Shown here in pieces: positions 11,556 through 23,729 of a stretch of DNA of 64,000 nt. The position numbers and the translations under genes are program-made. Where the stretch lies: assembly GCA_038087875.1 (NCBI GenBank), contig CM075996.1, positions 9,178,001 to 9,242,000 of the forward strand. Direction: 5' to 3'. Origin of the DNA: Malacoraja senta. Its lineage: Eukaryota. The notes beneath the pieces are model-generated. The model worked only from the letters and a program-made list of their open reading frames with translations, did no database searches and was not told the origin of the DNA. The stretch's first letter is position 1. Every line of letters starts with the position of its first letter.

Positions 11556-13561
11556 TATATAAAATGATGAGCACAGAAATCAGTCTTTTGTCCTGGTAAA
11601 CTAGAGGGCAGAGGTTTAAGATGAGATGGGCAAGATTTAAAAGGGACCTGAGGGGGAACTTTTTTTGCACATAGGGCGGGATGTAAATGGAACGAGCTGT
11701 CAAAGGAAGTTATAATGGAGGTGGATACAATGACAGCATTTAAAAGACACTTGGTTAGGTACATGGACAAGAAAGGTTTGGAGGGGTATGAACCAGACAC
11801 TAGCAAGTAGGACTTGCTATGTTTAGGAATACAGCATGGTAACAGGAGCTTCGGTCCACCAAGTCCACGCTAACCATCGATCAACCATTCACACTAGTTC
11901 CATGTTATCCCACTTTCTCATCCTCACACCAAGGAGCAATTTATAGAGGTCAAATGACCTATAAACCCATCCATTTTTAGGATTAGTTTAGAGATACTGC
12001 GTAGAAACAGACATTTGTGCCCACCGAGTCTGCGCCGACCAGCGAACCCCATACACTAGCACTAGTCTACACACTAGGGCCAACTTACAATCTTTACTGA
12101 AGCCAATTAATCTACAAACCTGTGCGTCTGGAATGTGGGAGGAAACCGGAGCACAATAGACAATAGGTGCAGGAGTAGGCCTTTTGGCCCTTCGAGCCAG
12201 CACCGCCATTCAATGTGATCCTGGCTGATCATCCCCAATCAGTACCCCGTTCCTGCCTTCTCCCCATATCCCCTGACTCCGCTATTTTTAAAAGCCCTAT
12301 CTAGCTCTCTCTTGAAAGCTAGGGACCTGGGGAATACCCGCGTGGTCACGGGGAGACGTACAAACTCCATACAGAGAGCAATTGTAGTCGGGATCGAACC
12401 CAGGTCTCTGGCGCTGTAGGAGGCTGAACCTTATAGACGTATATAAAATGATGAGAGCCACCTTGTCGTCCCTCGGATGTGGAAGGAAACCGGAGCACCC
12501 TGAGCGAACTCTCACGGTCATAGGGAGAATATACACAAGAGAGCACCCGGGGTCTGGGTCAAACCCAGATCTCTGGCACTGCGAGGTAACTTGGTCAGCT
12601 TCGATGTTGGGCTGAAGGGCCTGTCTCCATGTTGTATGATTCTGCAGACCTAAGCCCTGTGCTTCCAGATCAGCAGCAAGGACCCATACTGCAGTCGTCC
12701 ACGCTCCCAACACCACTGAACCGACCACTGTGCACAACTGCACAGACTTACTAGACATTAAATGCTGGAGTAACTCAGCAGGTCAGGCAGATTCACTGGG
12801 GAAAAGGAATAGGTGACATTTCTGGAAGATCTCGACCCGAAACGTCACCTATTTCTCTCCGGAGATGCTGCTTGACCCGCTGAGTTACTCCAGTTTTTGT
12901 GTCTATCTTCAGATAAACCAGCATCTGCAGTTCCCTCCTATACATTCTGACAGCTTGCTAGCTGGTTTCTCGACACTAGCCGTGCTGTGCAGCTTTAAGC
13001 TCCCCGCCCGTGTGTGTGGTTTGCACACCCTTCGTTAGCTGCACGCTTCTGTGTGGCCAGCTCACCTCCCTCGTGAGAAAAGTCCATGGGCCAACTCATA
13101 CTTATTTAGATCCAAAGCATTCTCGGGGTAATCTTTGTCATTTAACGGTTACCGCACATGGTATGGATGTCCGCTCCGGTCAGTAAATGTGGAATCAAGG
13201 GCGGCACGGTGGCATAACGGTAGAGTTACTGCCTTACAGCGCTTGCAGCACCGGAGACCCGGGTTCAATCCTGATTACGGGCTCTGTCTGTATGAAGTTT
13301 GTACTTTCTCTCTGTGACTGCATGGGTTTTCTCTGAGATCTTCGGTTTCCTCCCACACTCCCAGACGTGGGGTTCATTTTCCCACACAAGCCATAGGTGA
13401 CTGGGCAGTCTGAACCCAAGCACCAAGTTGAAAGCGGCCGAAGGTGTGCATCCCTCGGGACAGCCCCCACACTCCCACGGTCACCCTCCGCAGGCTGCAG
13501 GGTCGGGTGGAGCAGAGGTTTGGGACAATGTTCATGCCTTCACAGTGATGTGATGGACGCG

Positions 13562-13920
13562 GGGGTCTGGACCAATCGCTGACAAGTCCCGCCGCCCGGC
13601 AACGTCATGTCCGTTATTGGACGTTTCTGTTGAGTGGCAGTCGGTCCTTCGGCCTGGAGGCGACGTCGCCTTTCGGGTAGGTGGCGTTTCGACAGAGCAG
13701 CCATTCGGTAAGTTTGCTTTTAGGCGACACAGCTTTTCGGTTCGTTGGCTTTTAGGCGTCCCGCCCTTTCGGTTAGTTTGCATTTAGGCGTTCCATCCTT
13801 TTGGTTAGTAGGCGTTTCGTCTTCGGACTCTTTCGGTTTATTGGCGTTTCGGCCTCGTTTCCATTCGGTTCTTTGGCTTTTTTGTTTCGGCTTCTTGTCT
13901 GTCGGCGCCACGTCCGGGTA
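13562..13920. repeat. Unclassified repeat with short imperfect internal arrays (ttaggcg/ttcggtt), possibly a non-autonomous DNA transposon
   Basis: Many short degenerate units; only weak terminal inverted similarity (13/22). Confidence 0.35.
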
Positions 13921-15202
13921 CAGTGTGGGATAGTGTTAGTGCATGGGGATCGCTGGTCGGTACGGACCCAGTGGGCCAAAGGGCCCGTTTCCTTGCTGTA
14001 TCACTAAACTAAACTGCACACAATCCCAAGGCAGAAAGAGCAGTGAGACATGCAGCTTTGTGGCTGTGGTTGGGAGGTGTTGGCCAGAGCTGCCACCCAG
14101 GGACAAGGCAGCGTTTAATTTCGCACCCGAGAGGTGTCGCACACACACACGCTCACGCCCGAGGTGGGATTTGACCTTCCTGCAGCCCGTAAGTGTTGTT
14201 GCTGGAACGACTTGAACCCAAGCTGTCACTGGAGAAATGTTGATCAAAGCTTTCCAATGGCCAGTGGGGGAAAGGGTGAGCAGAGATGAAAGGCAGAGGA
14301 GTGCTGGAAATGTGGGTGGGAGGCAGCAGCAGGGGGAATAGCATTTCAGCCCACAATGTCAATGTGGAACATAATGCAAAGATGACTAATCTTGCTTGCC
14401 TGCACACGATCCATATCCCGCCATTCCCTGCAGATCCATACGACCATCAAATGCCTCTATCATATCTACCTCCACTGCCTCTCCTGGCAGAGCGTGTTCC
14501 AGGCATCCACCTGGTATTAAAAATCTATCACCTTTTATACTTTATCTCTCTTATCGTAAGCTACACCCTCTGGTCTTTGACATTTCCACCCTGGGGAGAA
14601 AGTAGTTGAGGGGAAAATAGAGAGATGTGAGATAAGTGGAGAAGGGGTGGGCTGCTGTGTGGGTTGGGGGCAGAGTGAATGGGGTGGAGAGTTAGGGGTT
14701 GAGATGGGATTGCAGGATGGAGAGTTTGCCTGTGTTGGCTGCAGTTGGCCTGCATTAGGTTGGAGGTGCCCCCTCCATGCTGTGGAACCTGGCCTTGACA
14801 ATAAATGTGCGGTGCACGGTCTCATTGAAGGGCGGCGATGGCTATCTTCTGGGTCAGGTTGATATGGACTTTAGTTTAGAGATACAGCGTGGGAACAGGC
14901 CTTTTGGCCCACCGGGTCCACACCGACCAGCGATCCCTGCACACTAACACCATCCCACACACACTAGGGACAATTTTACATTAATACTAAGCCAATTAAT
15001 CTACAAGCCAGTATATCATTGGAGTGTGGGAGGAAACCGAAGATCTCGGAGAAAACCCATGCGGGTCACGGGGAGAACGTACAAACCTTGTACAGGCAGC
15101 ACCTGTAGTCAGGATCAAACTCGGGTCTCTGGCGCTGTAAGGCAGCAACTCTACCACTGCGCCACCATACTGCCCAAGCTGACCGTCTTGCTCTGATCCT
15201 AG

Positions 15203-15421
15203 GCTGGCCTGCAGGTGCGAGTGCAGAGAATGGAGAAGGAGCTGGAGCTGCTGACCGCTGACTTCCGGGCTTGGCGGGACCTGGGCGGTGAGCCGTCTGA
15301 AACCATACGCCTCCCTCCCCCGCTGACACCAGCCCACATCAAGCTGCTGGGCAAGGTAACCCTTCAGAGACTGGAGGAGCTTCGAAGCATGCTGCCCTTC
15401 GAGTCGCTGGAGAGGGTGCAG
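15203..15421 (+). CDS. SUN1/2-like gene coiled-coil exon (AGLQVRVQRMEKELELL...ESLERVQ)
   Basis: In-frame acceptors before 15203 or 15215; donor CAG|GTGAGT; phase 0/0; heptad-like sequence. Confidence 0.75.
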
Positions 15422-16066
15422 GTGAGTGTCAAATGCTGGCAGCTTGGCCTCTTCCCCCACCCCTGTCTGGCAGTGATGTGTAGAGTCTGTCCGTAGGGGG
15501 AGGCAGAGCCGTGATTGATGCAGGAGGAAATCCAGCTGTGAGTTAACCTGCCTGGTAGTCATTGAGAGATGGCATGGAAACAGGCCCTTTGACCCACTGA
15601 GTCCACGCTGACTATCGATCACCCACTTGCTCTAATCAAATCCATTTGTTATCTGGCAACTGAATGAGTTTACCACAACTAGAGAGCAGTCCTGAACTAC
15701 GATCTACCTCATTGGACTTTACTATCTTTACCTTGAACTAAACGTTTTTCTCTTATGTATCTATACACTGTAAATGCCCCGATTGTAATCATGTATTGTC
15801 TTTCTGCTGACTGGATAGCATGCCACAAAAGCTTTTCACTGTACATGACAATAAACTAAACTGAACTTTATTCTTTCCATATTATCTTCAATCTCCCCCT
15901 CCCCGATTCTCCACTTGCCGACATGGAAGAGGCAATTTACTGCGGCCTACGAATCTGCACACATTTGGTATTCTCTCTCTATAAAGGCTCTCACTCTGTG
16001 TTGGACAGAGGTGGGGTGGGTGCGTTCCCCTGATGAGACTGTAACGCTGCGTGTGTTTGCTTCCAG

Positions 16067-16144
16067 GCTGACATCGCCGCCATCCAGCAGAAGCATGAGG
16101 AGCAGACGGAGCCGGTGCTGCGGGCAGTTGATTACAATAACAAG
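16067..16144 (+). CDS. SUN1/2-like gene exon (ADIAAIQQKHEEQTEPVLRAVDYNNK)
   Basis: tttgcttccAG acceptor, AAG|GTGGGT donor, phase 0/0. Confidence 0.75.
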
Positions 16145-17287
16145 GTGGGTGCGGGGAGAGGGAGCTGGTGCTGGAGAAGGGGTAGAGAGGGCACAGGGAG
16201 TCATGGTTCATAAGTGATATGAGCTGAATTAGGCCATTCGGCCCATCAAGTCTACTCCGTCATTCAATCATGGCTGATCTACCTTACCCTCTTAACCCCA
16301 TTCCCCTGCCTTCTCCCCATAACCCCTGACACCCATACTAATCAATAATCTATCTATCTCTTCTTAAAAAGATCCACAGCCTACGGTGGCAGTAAATTCC
16401 ACAGATTCACCACCCTCTGATTAAAGAAATTCCTCCTCATCTCCTTCCCAAAGTAACATCCTTTTATTCTGAGGCTATGGCCTCTGGTCCTGGCATGGCA
16501 AGCTTTCCTTCACATTCGGCCTGAAATGGTTGCTTTTAGTCTTTTTTTGTTTTGTTTTAGAGATACAGCGTGGAAAGTCTGCGCTGACCAGCGATCCACA
16601 CACTACCACTATCCTGCACACACTAGGGACAATTTACAATTTTACTAAGCTATTTAGGCTACAAACCTGTATGTCTTTGGAGTCTAGGTGGAAGCCAGAG
16701 CACCTGGAGAAAATCCACGCAGGTCACGGGGAGAACGTACAAACTCCGTACAGATAGCATCCGTAGACGGGATCGAACCTGGGCCTCTGGTGCTGTGAGG
16801 CAGCAACTCTACCGCTGCACCACCGTGCTGCCCCTCAGCTGCTCTACCTCTCAGTCAGACCACATATCTCGGCATCTCAATTCCGTAATATCAAGGCCAG
16901 TCACCTCGGTGTTGAACTGGTCTCAAGGACTGGTCTCCGTAGCAACTTGGGCAGAGAATTCCCTGCATTTCCCATCCTCTGGGTGTTAAGCTGCTACAGT
17001 TCAGTGAAGATTGCTTTAAATTGAATGGTGGATTCTGCAGGCAATTGATGGGAATTTGTGAGGAACTAGTTTCAAGGAAAATTCGTGAAGGACTGGGATT
17101 CTCAGAGCTGGCATTGATTTGATGGGCTGAAATGGCCTATGTTATAAGAAAATATGAAGTGTGGAAAAGTGACTTCTGCATTACATATTTGTAAATTTGA
17201 CGAGTATGTTGTGAAATAAGTAGCTGCGAGTAGAATTAAAAAGCCTCCGAACTTGAAAATAAACTTTTTTTAAATTTCTATTCCTAG

Positions 17288-17331
17288 ATGATGTTGCAGA
17301 AGGTGAAGGAAATGGAATCTGCTGTGGAAAG
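17288..17331 (+). CDS. SUN1/2-like gene exon (MMLQKVKEMESAVE-R)
   Basis: ttcctAG acceptor, AAG|GTACAG donor; phase 0/2 is required by the next exon's phase-2 start. Confidence 0.7.
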
Positions 17332-17404
17332 GTACAGAGCTGCACTGCGGCAGTTTCCAGACTGCACCAACTGTTCACAACGATAGAGATAAATAACTAA
17401 TTTA

Positions 17405-17623
17405 AGGGCCTATCCCTCTTGCGATTTTTTTCGGCGACTGCCGGTGTCATATCAGTGTCGCCAAAAGATTTTGAACATTTCGAAATACAGCGGCGACGAA
17501 AAAAATGTTGTGACACTTGAAAAAACACCATGCGTCATCATTCCGCAAATTTTTCCGTGACCTGATACGTCCGTCAATGATGCCGACAGTCGCCGAAAAA
17601 AATCGCTAAGTGGGACAAGCCCT
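17405..17623. mobile_element. PIF/Harbinger-type MITE
   Basis: TIRs agggcctatccc.../...gggacaagccct with a TTA target duplication. Confidence 0.8.
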
Positions 17624-17747
17624 TTAGGAGCTGGGTGTTGATGTTGTAGGCCACATTATCTGCATATGCATCAAGGTGCCCCTGGGGTGTGGCACGGCAG
17701 CAGGTTTGCCTGTGGCTGAGCTGTGAGCAGTATAACGCTGATGCTGT

Positions 17748-20700
17748 GTTAAAGAAGGAACTGCAGATGCTGGAAAATCGAAGGTACACAAAAATGCTGG
17801 AGAAACTCAGCGGGTGCAGCAGCATCTATGGAGCGAAGGAAATAGGTAACGTTTCGGGCCGAAACCCTTCTTCAGACTGATAGGGGGTGGGGAGAAGAAA
17901 GGAAAAAAGGAAAAGGAGGAGGAGGAGCCCGAGGGTTGGGGGAGGGGAGGAGACAACCAGATGGCTGATGAAGGGGAGGGGACAGCCAGGGCTAGCAGAA
18001 TTGGGAGAATTCAACGTTCAGGCCACCAGGGTGTAGACTGCCCAAGCGGAATATGAGGTGCATTTCCTCCAATTTACGGTGTTGCTCGCTGTGGCCATGG
18101 AGGAGACCCAGGACAGAGAGGTCAGATACGGAATGGGAGGGGGAGTTGAAGTGCTGAGCCACCGGGAGTTCAGGTTGGTTATTGCGGACCGACCGGAGGT
18201 GTTCGGCGAAACGATCGCCAAGCCTCCGCTTGGTCTCACCGATGTAGATCAGCTGGCATCTAGAGCAGCGAATGCAATAGATGAGGTTGGAGGAGATGCA
18301 GGTGAACCTCTGTCGCACCTGGAACGACTGCTTGGGTCCTGGAATGGAGTGGAGGGGGGAAGTGAAGGGACAAGTGTTGCATCTCTTGCGGTTGCAAGGG
18401 AAAGTACCAGGGGAGGGGGTGGTATGGGAGGGAAGGGAAGAATTGACAAGGGAGTTACGGAGGGAGCGGTCTTTGCGGAAGGCAGACATAGGGGGAGATG
18501 GGAAGATGTGGCGAGTGGTGGGGTCACGTTGGAGGTGGCGAAACTGACGGAGGATCACTTGTTGTATGTGACGGCTGGTGGGGTGAAAGGTGAGGACTAG
18601 GGGGACTCTGCCTTTGTTGTGAGTGGGGGGATGGGGAGAGAGAGCAGTGTTGCGGGGTATGGCAGAGACCCTGGTGCGAGCCTCATCTATGGTGGAGGAG
18701 GGGAACCCCCGTTCCCTGAAGAATGAGGACATTTCAGATGCCCTGGTGTGGAACGCCTCATCCTGGGAGCAGATGCGGCGTAGACGGAGGAATTGGGAGT
18801 GGGGGATGGAGTCCTTACAGGAAGCAGGGTGGGAAGAAGTGTAGTCCAGATAGCCATGGGAGTCGGTAGGTTTGTAGTGGATGTCGGTAAGGAGCACCTG
18901 CGATGGAGATAGTGAGGTCAAGGAATGGTAGGGAAGTGTCGGAAATGGTCCCAGGTGTATTTAAGTGCCGGATGGAAGTTGGTGGTGAAGCGGATGAAGT
19001 CAGTCAGTTGTGTGTGGGTGCAGGATGTGGCACCAAAAACAATCATCGATGTAGCGGAGGTAGAGGTCGGGGATGGGGCCCTGGTACGCATTGAACAGGG
19101 ATTGTTCTACGTACCCGACAAAGAGGCAGGCGTAGCTGGGGCCCATGCGTGTGCCCATAGCTACGCCTTGTATTTGGAGGAAATGGGAGGAGTCGAATGA
19201 AAAGTTATTAAGTGTAAGTACCAGCTCCGCTAGGCGGAGGAGGGTGTCAGTGGCCGGGTATAGATTGCTTCTACGGTCGAGGAAAAAACGGGAGGGCTTT
19301 GAGACCATCCTGGTGGGGGATGGAGGTGTACAGTGACTGGACGTCCATGGTGAAGATGAGGGGTGAGGGCCTAGAGAGTGGAATGCGCGGAGATGACGGA
19401 GAGTGTCTGAGGTGTCTTGAACATAGGTGGGGAGGGATTTAACCAAGGGGGATAGTATGGAGTCGAGGTAGGTGGAGATGAGTTCGGTGGGGCAAGAACA
19501 GGCAGAGACAATGGGTCTACCGGACAGTCAGGTTTGTGGATTTTGGGGAGAAGGTAAAAGCGGGCTGTGCGGGGCTGGGGAACGATGAGGTTGGAGGCTC
19601 GTTCGGGCAGGGCGTGGGAGTGGATGAAGTTGGTGATGGTGCTGGAGATGGTGGCCTGGTGCTCGTCAGTGGGGTCATGGTCCAGGGGTAAGTAGGAAGA
19701 GGTGTCCGAGAGTTGGCGCGTGGCCTCAGCTTTGTAGAGGTCGACGCGCCAGACTACCACGGCACCTCCCTTGTCGGCGGGTTTGATAACCCAATCTAGG
19801 TTGTTGCGGAGTGAGTCGATGGCAGTGCGTTCAAGGGGGGAGAGATTGGAGTGAGACAGGGGAGTGGAGAAGTTGAGGCGGTGGATGTCACGGCGGCAGT
19901 TTTTAATAAAGAGTTCTAAAGCCGGAAGGCTGCGAGGGGGGTTCCATGAGGATGGGGTGCGTTGGAGACTGGAAAAGGGGTCATCAGTGGGGAGCGAGGA
20001 CTGCTTCCCATGGAAGTGAGCTGTGAGGCGGAGGCGACGGTAGAAGCGTTCCAAGTCATGGAGGGCACGGAACTCATTGAGATGGGGACGGAGGGGGACA
20101 AAGGTAAGACCTCTGCTGAGGACAGACCGTTCGATGTCGGAGAGGGGGAGGTCGGGGGGGATGGTGAACACCCGGCAGGGATGGGGGTTGGGGCCGGAGG
20201 AAGGCAGGTGGGTGTAATGGGGACGAGGCGATGTGTGGTGGGGGGTGGTGGGTGGTCAGGGGGTGGGGGGGTGAGAGGGCAGTGGTGTGGGTGTGGAAGA
20301 GAAGTGGTCCCATAGTTGGAGAGGGATGGGGAAGAATCAGTGGAACTGCCACTGAGATAACCAGGGCTAGGCAGACTAGCGCTAGGACCCAGTGGAGTCA
20401 AACCCCGGAGAGTGGGAGTGAACAGCGTGGAGGCTTCAGGCCCAGTACAGAGTCCAGTTTGCAGGTAAGGCGACGGCTGCGGGCTGCTGGAGGGAGGTGC
20501 GGTGGCGAGGGTCAGCGGACCCGACGGTCGGGGTCCGTGGGCAGTGTAGTCGGGGTCGGTGGGGCTGGAGGGCGTTGCAGTGGCGAGGGTCGGCGGACCC
20601 GATGGTCGGGGTCCGTGGGCAGTGTAGTCGGGGTCGGTGGGGCTGGAGGTCGTTGCAGTGGCGAGGGTCGGCGGACCCGATGGTCGGGGTAGGTGGGCAG

Positions 20701-21834
20701 TAGAGTCGGGGTCCACGGGCGATGCGTGGGAGGTCCCGGTAAGCGGATGGTCGGTGGGGCGGCGCGGTTCGACCAGTCCGGTGAGGCGACGGGGTGAATA
20801 GGGTGCGGTGCGGCGGCCAAGTTCGTGGATCCCTGGTCCGGCGGCCGTGTAGAGTGGGCCCGGTCCGGCGGAGATGCTGGATGGGCCCGGTCCGGCGGCG
20901 ATGCTGGGAGGTCCCGGGGGGCGGCGAGGTTCGGAGGAATCGGCGAGGGGAAGGAAGTCCGAGTTACCGTAGAAGCGGCGAGCCTGGGCGTCATCGGTAG
21001 GCAGGTGAAGGTCGGCGGCAGCATCGACGTGGAGGTCGGTGAAGGCGACCTCCTGGTGAGTACTGGAGGCGCTCCCCGTGGACAAGATGGCGTCCTGGTG
21101 AGTACTGGAGTCGCTCCCCGTGGACAAGATGGCGTCGCGGGACCGGGGCAGGCGATGCGGGCCGGAGTTGGGGCCCGGAGCCAGCGGGCGGTCGAGTTGC
21201 GGAGAGTCGGCGGCAGGAGCGGCCTGGAGGCGGGCTAATTTAAGGTCCTTGGTGGAGTTGAGGTGGGCCAGGAATCTTTTATTGAAGAGGTGGATCTTCC
21301 GGCGGATAAAGTACAGTTGTGGTCCGTTGCAGGTCTGGGTGAGTGAGGCCCGAAGTTCCGGGAGAGTCAATGCGAGGTCCTGCTGATGCCGGCGCATCGC
21401 AGTCAGTGTGGATCTCAGTGCCCGGGTGGAGAATTGTTGGGTATGCCGGTAGATAGCCAGTCGGTACCGATAGTCCGGCTGAGGTCCGAACTGGGAAGTA
21501 GGGAACTGGAGCTGGAAGCCATGAGGTATGAGATGGAGGCGCAGGCATGCCCCGAGGAAGCAGATGTGGCTGTGGTATCGAGTTTGGGTAAGGATGTGGT
21601 CGTAGAGTTGGAGGGCAGGGGGGATCACAGAGATGGGGCAGTTAGCGAGTTGGGTGTGGAACAGTCTCCGGAGAGAGGAGGAGAACTTCTTCAAAGTAGG
21701 CATACCTTGACGAGATTTCGCAGTGGAGTAGACAAAGTGTTAAAGAAGGAACTGCAGATGCTGGAAAATCGAAGGTACACAAAAATGCTGGAGAAACTCA
21801 GCGGGTGCAGCAGCATCTATGGAGCGAAGGAAAT
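17748..21834 (-). mobile_element. Full-length Penelope-like retroelement (Neptune-type)
   Basis: Identical ~98-bp direct terminal repeats (17746-17843 and 21737-21835); 13-bp target duplication ACGCTGATGCTGT (17735-17747 and 21835-21847); RT plus GIY-YIG ORF. Confidence 0.93.
17992..21703 (-). pseudogene. Penelope-like polyprotein: N-terminal domain, Pro-rich linker, reverse transcriptase, Cys linker, GIY-YIG endonuclease; several single-base frameshifts
   Basis: Motifs HICFLGAC...LIPHGF, LSRGLTFVP, KPADKGGAVVV, LPKIHKP, GVAMGTRMGPSYA, RYIDD, HYKPTD, CNRKRCNTC, NLIYCIRC...IYIGETKR...RFAEH. Confidence 0.92.
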
Positions 21835-22125
21835 ACGCTGATGCTGTATGTTTCCAGCCAGGAGTGGAGTAGCAGCTGACCCTTGGGGGGGGGGGGGGGC
21901 TTCGCCGGTTGCTGCATGAAACAGATCAACGTCGTTTTTAGTTTAGAGGTACAGCGTGGAAACAGGCCCTTCGGCCCACCGAGTCCGTGCAGACCAACGA
22001 TCACCCTTACACCGGTAGTCAGGATTGAACCCAGGTCTCTGGCACTGTAAGGCCGTAGGTCTAATGCTGCACCACCATCCCGCCTCTGCTCCTGCACTCT
22101 GATGGCTTGCTTTGTCCTGTATAGG

Positions 22126-22369
22126 ACAGGTCTTGCCTGGACCACAGCCAGACATAAAAACAGTATTTTTCCACGAGCAGTAGCTCTACTCAACAGCCAA
22201 AAGTCTGTCGACTCTTTTTACTCTGGTACTTTATCTCCACATGTTTAAATCATAATGTTTTATTTTTAATTGTCTACTGTATATCATATTTTTATCCTTG
22301 CAAGCAAAGCACCAAGGCACGTTCCTTGTATGTATACATACTTGGTTAATAAAATTACATTATTATTAT
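22126..22369 (+). mobile_element. Rex1/Babar-like LINE 3' fragment
   Basis: TARHKNSIFPRAVALLN resembles the ORF2 C-terminus also seen at 55205-55399; AATAAA plus (ATT)n tail; flanked by TATAGG repeats. Confidence 0.65.
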
Positions 22370-22374
22370 TATAG

Positions 22375-22531
22375 GTTGACAGATGAACAGAAGCAGCTAC
22401 TGACTGCACTGGCGCTGCTGGAGGAGCAGCTCAGCCAGACACGGCTGGAGCTGCAGGCTGCACGTGCGGCACAGAAGAACATTGACTCCAGCATGCAAGC
22501 TTTGGAAAGCAGAGTTAAAAGTATGACTGAT
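22375..22531 (+). CDS. SUN1/2-like gene coiled-coil exon (LTDEQKQLL...RVKSMTD)
   Basis: AG at 22373-22374, GTAAGT donor, phase 2/0, strong heptad pattern. Confidence 0.8.
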
Positions 22532-23354
22532 GTAAGTTTACCAAAATAGCTTTTTATTTAACCGTAAAAGGCCCAAACATATGTGTAGGAAGGAACTGCA
22601 GATGCTGGCTTACACCACAGATAGGCATCAGCAAGACAGGCAGCATCTCTGGGGAGAAGGAATGGATGACATTTCGGGTCGAGATGTCTGAAGATAGGTC
22701 TCAATCGGAAACATGATCCATTCCTTCTCTCCAGAAATGCTGGCTGTCCCGCTGAGTTACTCCAGCATTTTGTCTTTTTTTCTATAAATATTATAACCAC
22801 TCAAACAATCTACCTGCTGCAGTTCCTGATGACTCTCTCCTTGCAACCTTTCTTCTGCAGTCCTGCCAATGTTGTAAACCTTTCTTGTGCCTCTCTAGTG
22901 CACTCCCATCAATCCTGTATGGAGGCAACCAGAATCCACACAATGTTACAGGTACGGCTGAGCTAACAGTTCCAAGATGACTATCTTCAAAGATCCATGA
23001 ACAAGCTCTCCAAAGATAGACATAAAATGCTGGAGTAACTCAGCGGGCCGGACAGCATCTCTGGAGCATTAGATGTTGCCTGGTTCGCTGAGTAACTCCA
23101 GCATTTTGTGTCTATCTTCAGTGTAAACCAGCATCTGCATTTCCTTCCTACACAACAAGCTCTCCAAGATCTTTCTGTTCCCCACCACAGTTCAGTATCC
23201 TTTCAGCTATAATGTATTCCCTTGCCTTGTCTCCCTTGCCAAAGGATCAACAATTGTAAAATAATGTATTTTTTAGGATGACAAAGATACAGCTTTGCAT
23301 GGATTTCAATGTTTTAAAGGAGGAGCACTGACTATTCTGCTCTTGTGTGTTTAG

Positions 23355-23567
23355 AAGGAGACAGCGTTGCTCCCACTTGTCCACAAGCTGCTCTTCGGTT
23401 CATCACAAGACAGCACAGGGGAACCACTGGCAGCACAGCTGGTGCATCGCAAGGAACTTGAGGCCCTCCTTGCTGGCTTGGAGAAGAAGATCCTCTCAGA
23501 AGCTTCACTTCATCCTGGTGTGACAATGGAGGCACACTCGGCAGCTGTCAAAGCAGGAATTATTAAG
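23355..23567 (+). CDS. SUN1/2-like gene exon (KETALLPLVHKLLFG...ELEALLAGLEKKIL...AGIIK)
   Basis: tttAG acceptor, AAG|GTAC donor, phase 0/0; LLFG and LEALL..LE.KIL resemble the SUN1/2 segment before the SUN domain. Confidence 0.8.
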
Positions 23568-23729
23568 GTACAAGCATGCAAGCAGCCAGTGGCTCTAACT
23601 CTGGAAGAGGCTATTGTATTTCAGGACAGTAATTTATTCATAATATATAGTTAATGAAATTGGGGCATGTCTTGCTCTACGTTCCATCAATTCAGTACTT
23701 TCACTTGCAATGTGTCAATGAACACCACA

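Noticed and set aside
13199..13290. tRNA-like sequences at SINE heads
   Set aside because: They are the tRNA-derived 5' parts of SINEs and continue into the SINE body; they are not tRNA genes
13580..13910. Regularly spaced short repeats that superficially resemble a CRISPR array
   Set aside because: Units are degenerate, there are no unique spacers or cas genes, and the context is vertebrate
18058..18844. Plus-strand ORFs antisense to the Penelope element
   Set aside because: Shadow ORFs of GC-rich coding sequence on the opposite strand
19916..21703. 595-aa ORF as a separate novel Pro-rich gene
   Set aside because: It is the N-terminal part of the Penelope polyprotein, separated from the RT part only by a frameshift
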